In this document: piece after piece, positions 59,781-64,000 of the stretch | Position numbering within the stretch: the stretch's first letter is position 1 | Layout: each line of letters starts with the position of its first letter | Assembly: GCF_026571515.1 (NCBI RefSeq) | Contig: NW_026860746.1 | Location: 1-64,000, forward strand | DNA: 64,000 nucleotides | Source: Ruditapes philippinarum | Lineage: Eukaryota | Direction of reading: 5' to 3' | Translations under genes and position numbers: made by a program | Notes under the pieces: model-generated | What the model saw: the letters and a program-made list of their open reading frames with translations, nothing else | Told to the model about the DNA's origin: nothing | Database searches by the model: none

Positions 59781-62700
59781 GTATGTTTATGAATACAATA
59801 TTTGGGTCAGTTTCATTGTGTACTAAATTTAGAAAAGAGCGGCGTGGAGTACGTCTCTTTGTTTACATTTAGTTTTTAACTTTTTCTTCGTTTATTTGTG
59901 TTTCTAAACGTTAATATTTTGATGAAAATTGTTGATATTGTTAAAATCATACACTGTCAAAACTTTATATAATCTTTACAAAGTTTATATAAGAAAGACG
60001 TAAAAGTTTCGTGTATTTCGTGTTTATCTACTAAATATTTTGTTGAAGCACGTGACCTGTTGATTGCCAATTTATTTTACGTCGATTTGAATAGACAATG
60101 CGCCCATGGGAAAAAGGATCAAGTGTATGAAACTGTATAATACTCAGTAAAAGAATATGAAATGTTAAAAGAAATGAAGAATTAAAGTATCATGTAAATT
60201 ATAAAACCTGTAAACATTATTAAATAATAATACTTATTGATGTTTATATATAAACTAATAAAGTTATTAATTTTGGCCCTACCTTAAATTTTGGGTTAAA
60301 TATCTTTTAGCTGACTCTGAGTGAGTCAGAAACAATTGATTATGTACTAAATACTTTTAGGGCCTAATTGGTGAATTTTAAATTGGACCAAATTCATTAA
60401 TCCCATTTATTCTGTTAAATTCAATGTTTCTAACAGTTACTACTGTTTGGCAAAATAAAGTTAAATCAAAATAATAGTAAGTACAGTACTGTATACATAA
60501 ATTGTTCACATTCATTGGATTCATTTATAAATTAATTGCTTGTCTGCTTTTCCCCTTGTTGACCATTCCTCAGTATTAAACTATAACTTTAAGCCTGTCA
60601 ACTGTGACCAAGATCAGCGGCCAGAGATTGTTCTTAAGTAACTAAAAGATTGAAAAGTTAAAAAAAGTTTTTAAGTTCCTAAATCTTAATGCTAATGGCA
60701 ACATGAAAACAGAAAACCCCGAAAAAACAAACTTAGTTACATGTGGTACTACAATTATTAGTAAAGTTAGCTGTTTTGATTTTCAGTTATTTACAGGAAA
60801 GTTCTTTAATTTATAATTCATTTTCAATAACTAAAGTTGTAATATTTGTTTAAAATTCATAAGGACACAGAAGTCAGAATTGTGTAACATTTATATTAAA
60901 CTATGAACAAGAACTGGGACAATAGCCTTCTTATATATATAAAGAAAATACTAACAAAGAAATTAGCCTTCAAAATTTAATGAAAAGGCTTAATTAACAT
61001 GTAAAATTTGAATCTTGTCATTTCAAAAACTAGTTTCAAAAGTAAGAGCTTTTTTTTACATTTACATGAAATATATCTGAAGCATTTGATGTCTTAAAAT
61101 ATTCATTTCCTGAATTATGTTATTAAAAATGAAAAAGATATTAATTTAAACTTATTCTGATAATAATTTCTAACATTTTCTTTTCATACTTCCTTTATTT
61201 TGGGCCTTTTGTTTTTTTTTTTATTTTGGGAAGGAATCTTATGACTATGAGCCGTGCCATGACAGATCCAACATAATGGGTTTATGACCAGCATGGATCC
61301 AGACCAGCCTGCGCATCTCACCCTCACTTCTGAAAAAAAAATCCCCTCCACCAAAGAAACATTTCTTTATTCCATTTTTTACATGTGACAGATTAATTTG
61401 TCTCTCGTGGAAGTTTCTAGGGAGTAAAATGGCATAAATTTATAGGTTAATAAAAAAAGGCTCTAATTCAAAGCTGTTGGTCATAATTTAATAATTCTAC
61501 TTTGATAGATCTAGATCTTTGTCATAATGATAAGTCTATTGTAATGCATATTAGATCAGCTTTTCTCAGCACTAAACAGCAGCCTTTGAAGTGTCTCAGC
61601 ACTAAACAACAATCTTTCCTACCAAACAACTGCCTTTCTAATTTTGTCCTTACTCAGCAATAAATGCAAGTGTTTCAATTTCTTGATAATATTTCAGTAA
61701 TGATTAAATGGAAGAAATGAGACAGGTGTGAATAGACATTTAGTTTCTTTAATCTCAATCTCAGTTATTTCGTTTAACTGGGTTTCTGTCTTCCTTGAAC
61801 TTTTTTTATTCAAGTCCTGACTAAGCACTATAAATAATTTTCCTTGCGGTTATAGAAAAAAATAAACCAAAGTAACCCAGTTATAAATAAATACACTGCA
61901 TTCTGTTATGTTTGAATTGTTAACCAAAAATCTTAATCTGTTTATTCTACCTTAAAGACCATGATATATATTTTTATTGGAGGTGTACCAGTGTTAAACT
62001 TGACCTGTTTTACATGAAAAAGTTGATATAAGCATTTGAATTTAATAATAAGAACCGAAATATTTACACGGAAGCACTGTTTGCTAAGGAGTCACCAACG
62101 TAAACATTAGGCGGTAGCTATAAATAGACTATTGCGCTGTTCAGTAACTATACAGAATACAGATAATGTTTATTCTAAAAATAGATTTACCATAGTCGTG
62201 ACTTGTGTTTACTGATTAATTAAATAAGCAACTTATTTAATAATATAAATTATATATATATAGATATATATCATTATTATAATTTATATAATTTATACTG
62301 TACTGCATTTGTATGAGTTGAAACTTGATTTAAATATGTACTGAATTTTAGAAGGTTAACATTTAGAACATACTGGTAATGTTATAATAATAGTAAATCA
62401 CAAATTGTGAGGTGAAATTTGAATTTCTAAATTTAAAAAGAACAGTCATATCATTATGGGTGTGAATTTGAAAAAAAAGATTCAGCCAAAGATTTCGGTT
62501 TTAAGGTGTTTTTGTATATTTAGCTCTGGTTATTTAGCCCAGTAAAAAATGCCATATTTTTTATATCCGTGCTAAAAACTTTAATATCAGCCTTAAAATA
62601 CATTATTTTATTGATTAGATATAGTACTGTAACGTTTCTGTTAAAATTTACTATTCCATTGACGCGATCAGCTGTTTAATTTGTTACCAATTTAGAGTTC

Positions 62701-63529
62701 ATTTGCACTTCATCTTAAATGCTGCTGTATTTAGTTCTCCTTTTCTCTATAAATTTATTTTACCAATCCGTTTTTTCCCTACGCACAGAAATATATTAAT
62801 AGCTCTAAATTAATACTAATCTTATTGCCGAGAATACAAAGATTACTCTTATGTCTTTTTTTCCTTGTAGTTTTATCCGTCTATGTTATGCTATTTCAGA
62901 CAACTATATTGACTATTTCTTTGAGAGAGTTTCTAAAATTGACATTATTAATGCTGTATATGGAAACCACAAGCTATTTTCTGCAGTTCAGAGCTAAATA
63001 CGGAATCTCATCAAATGACGCTCTTCCTAGATTGTAAATGCTTTAATAGTGTCGATTTTCCAGGAAAACATATTTGACATCATAGTAGAAATGGCTTGAG
63101 AAAAGCTGTGCTGACGTCATTCACCCATTCATAAGCTGTCTCTTGTGAAACTGAGATTATTATAGAGTAAATTGCGGTCTATTGTGGTCGCAGAAATGAT
63201 CTAAATTAGAAACCAAGAGAGCGTATTTAGATTCAAATGACATTTTAGTTGTTTTGATGGTAAAGAATGTCATCATGGGAGACACACCCAGTTTGAAACA
63301 GGAATCATTATGTCATTGATTAAGAAAATATAGAACTAACGTTTTACATTGAAGAGAAAAAAGATAGTAAGGTGTCAAGTTGTCTGAAAAATTATCGCAT
63401 TAAATTTTCATCATGTTTGATGGTTTCATCCTTTTCTGTAATAATTTTTGTATACCTTTTGACCAACTAAGTTCAAGACAATTAATGGTAAAGTGTCTGT
63501 ATATTTAACTTTCTACACTATAAGTATAG

Positions 63530-63723
63530 CAGGGCTTTTTTCACAGGTTGAGGAAGCAGCCCTGTCCTTAATTTTTGGAAAAATTACATGGAATAATAGC
63601 AAAAGGAAAAGAAAAAACTTGATGTAAATTCAATTTTTGGGGAAAACTGCATGATTTGAAAGAATTTTTCTTTGGGGAAGCAGCCCTATAACGGCCCCTG
63701 CTATAGAAGGAAAAAATGCCCTG
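63530..63723. mobile_element. Small hAT-like MITE
   Basis: CAGGGCTTTTT...AAAAAATGCCCTG; no clean 8-bp TSD. Confidence 0.5.
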
Positions 63724-64000
63724 TATAGTGTATGACAAAAAAACAAAAAAAGAACCCCCGAAAACTTACAAAAAGAATCACTACAATGTAGAAATGCTTT
63801 TTTCCCCCCAAAAAAACACATATATACAATGTGACCACAATACCACTATAATGAGTACAAAACAATATATACATAAATATATCCTTAACCAGCAATTTTA
63901 ACATTTTAAGTAAAGACCTTAAATTAAGTTTGTGATTTTTTTTTTCTTCAAAAATCCATACCAATGCTAAGGCTGAATAATGCAGGGTATATTGTCATTA

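Overview
This is AT-rich eukaryotic DNA. The repeat families suggest a bivalve mollusc (inference). Positions 1-45.8 kb carry most of one + strand gene encoding a delphilin (GRID2IP)-type formin. I reconstructed 27 GT-AG exons by hand (3199 nt, about 1065 codons) and every intron phase is consistent; the 5' end lies upstream of the window. Domain order: end of a harmonin-N-like (HN) domain, PDZ, two tandem HN domains, low-complexity linker, short FH1, then FH2 and a stop with no DAD tail. Introns and the downstream region are full of non-autonomous elements: helentron-associated elements (HINE-type), tRNA-headed SINEs, Kolobok-, piggyBac-, Tc1/mariner- and P-like MITEs, foldback elements and minisatellites. 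The long ORFs at 4.6-7.0 kb and 46-47 kb are repeat artefacts. There is a 152-N gap at 57690-57841 and a possible first exon of another gene near 59.8 kb. Top observations: (1) two diverged helentron-like elements that both carry a tRNA-Pro(AGG)-derived Pol III cassette; (2) an extra duplicated HN domain; (3) a 15-nt and a candidate 3-nt microexon in FH2; (4) a duplicated poison splice acceptor; (5) a head-to-tail foldback dimer. No prokaryotic-type system is present. Family names come from recalled motifs, not database searches.
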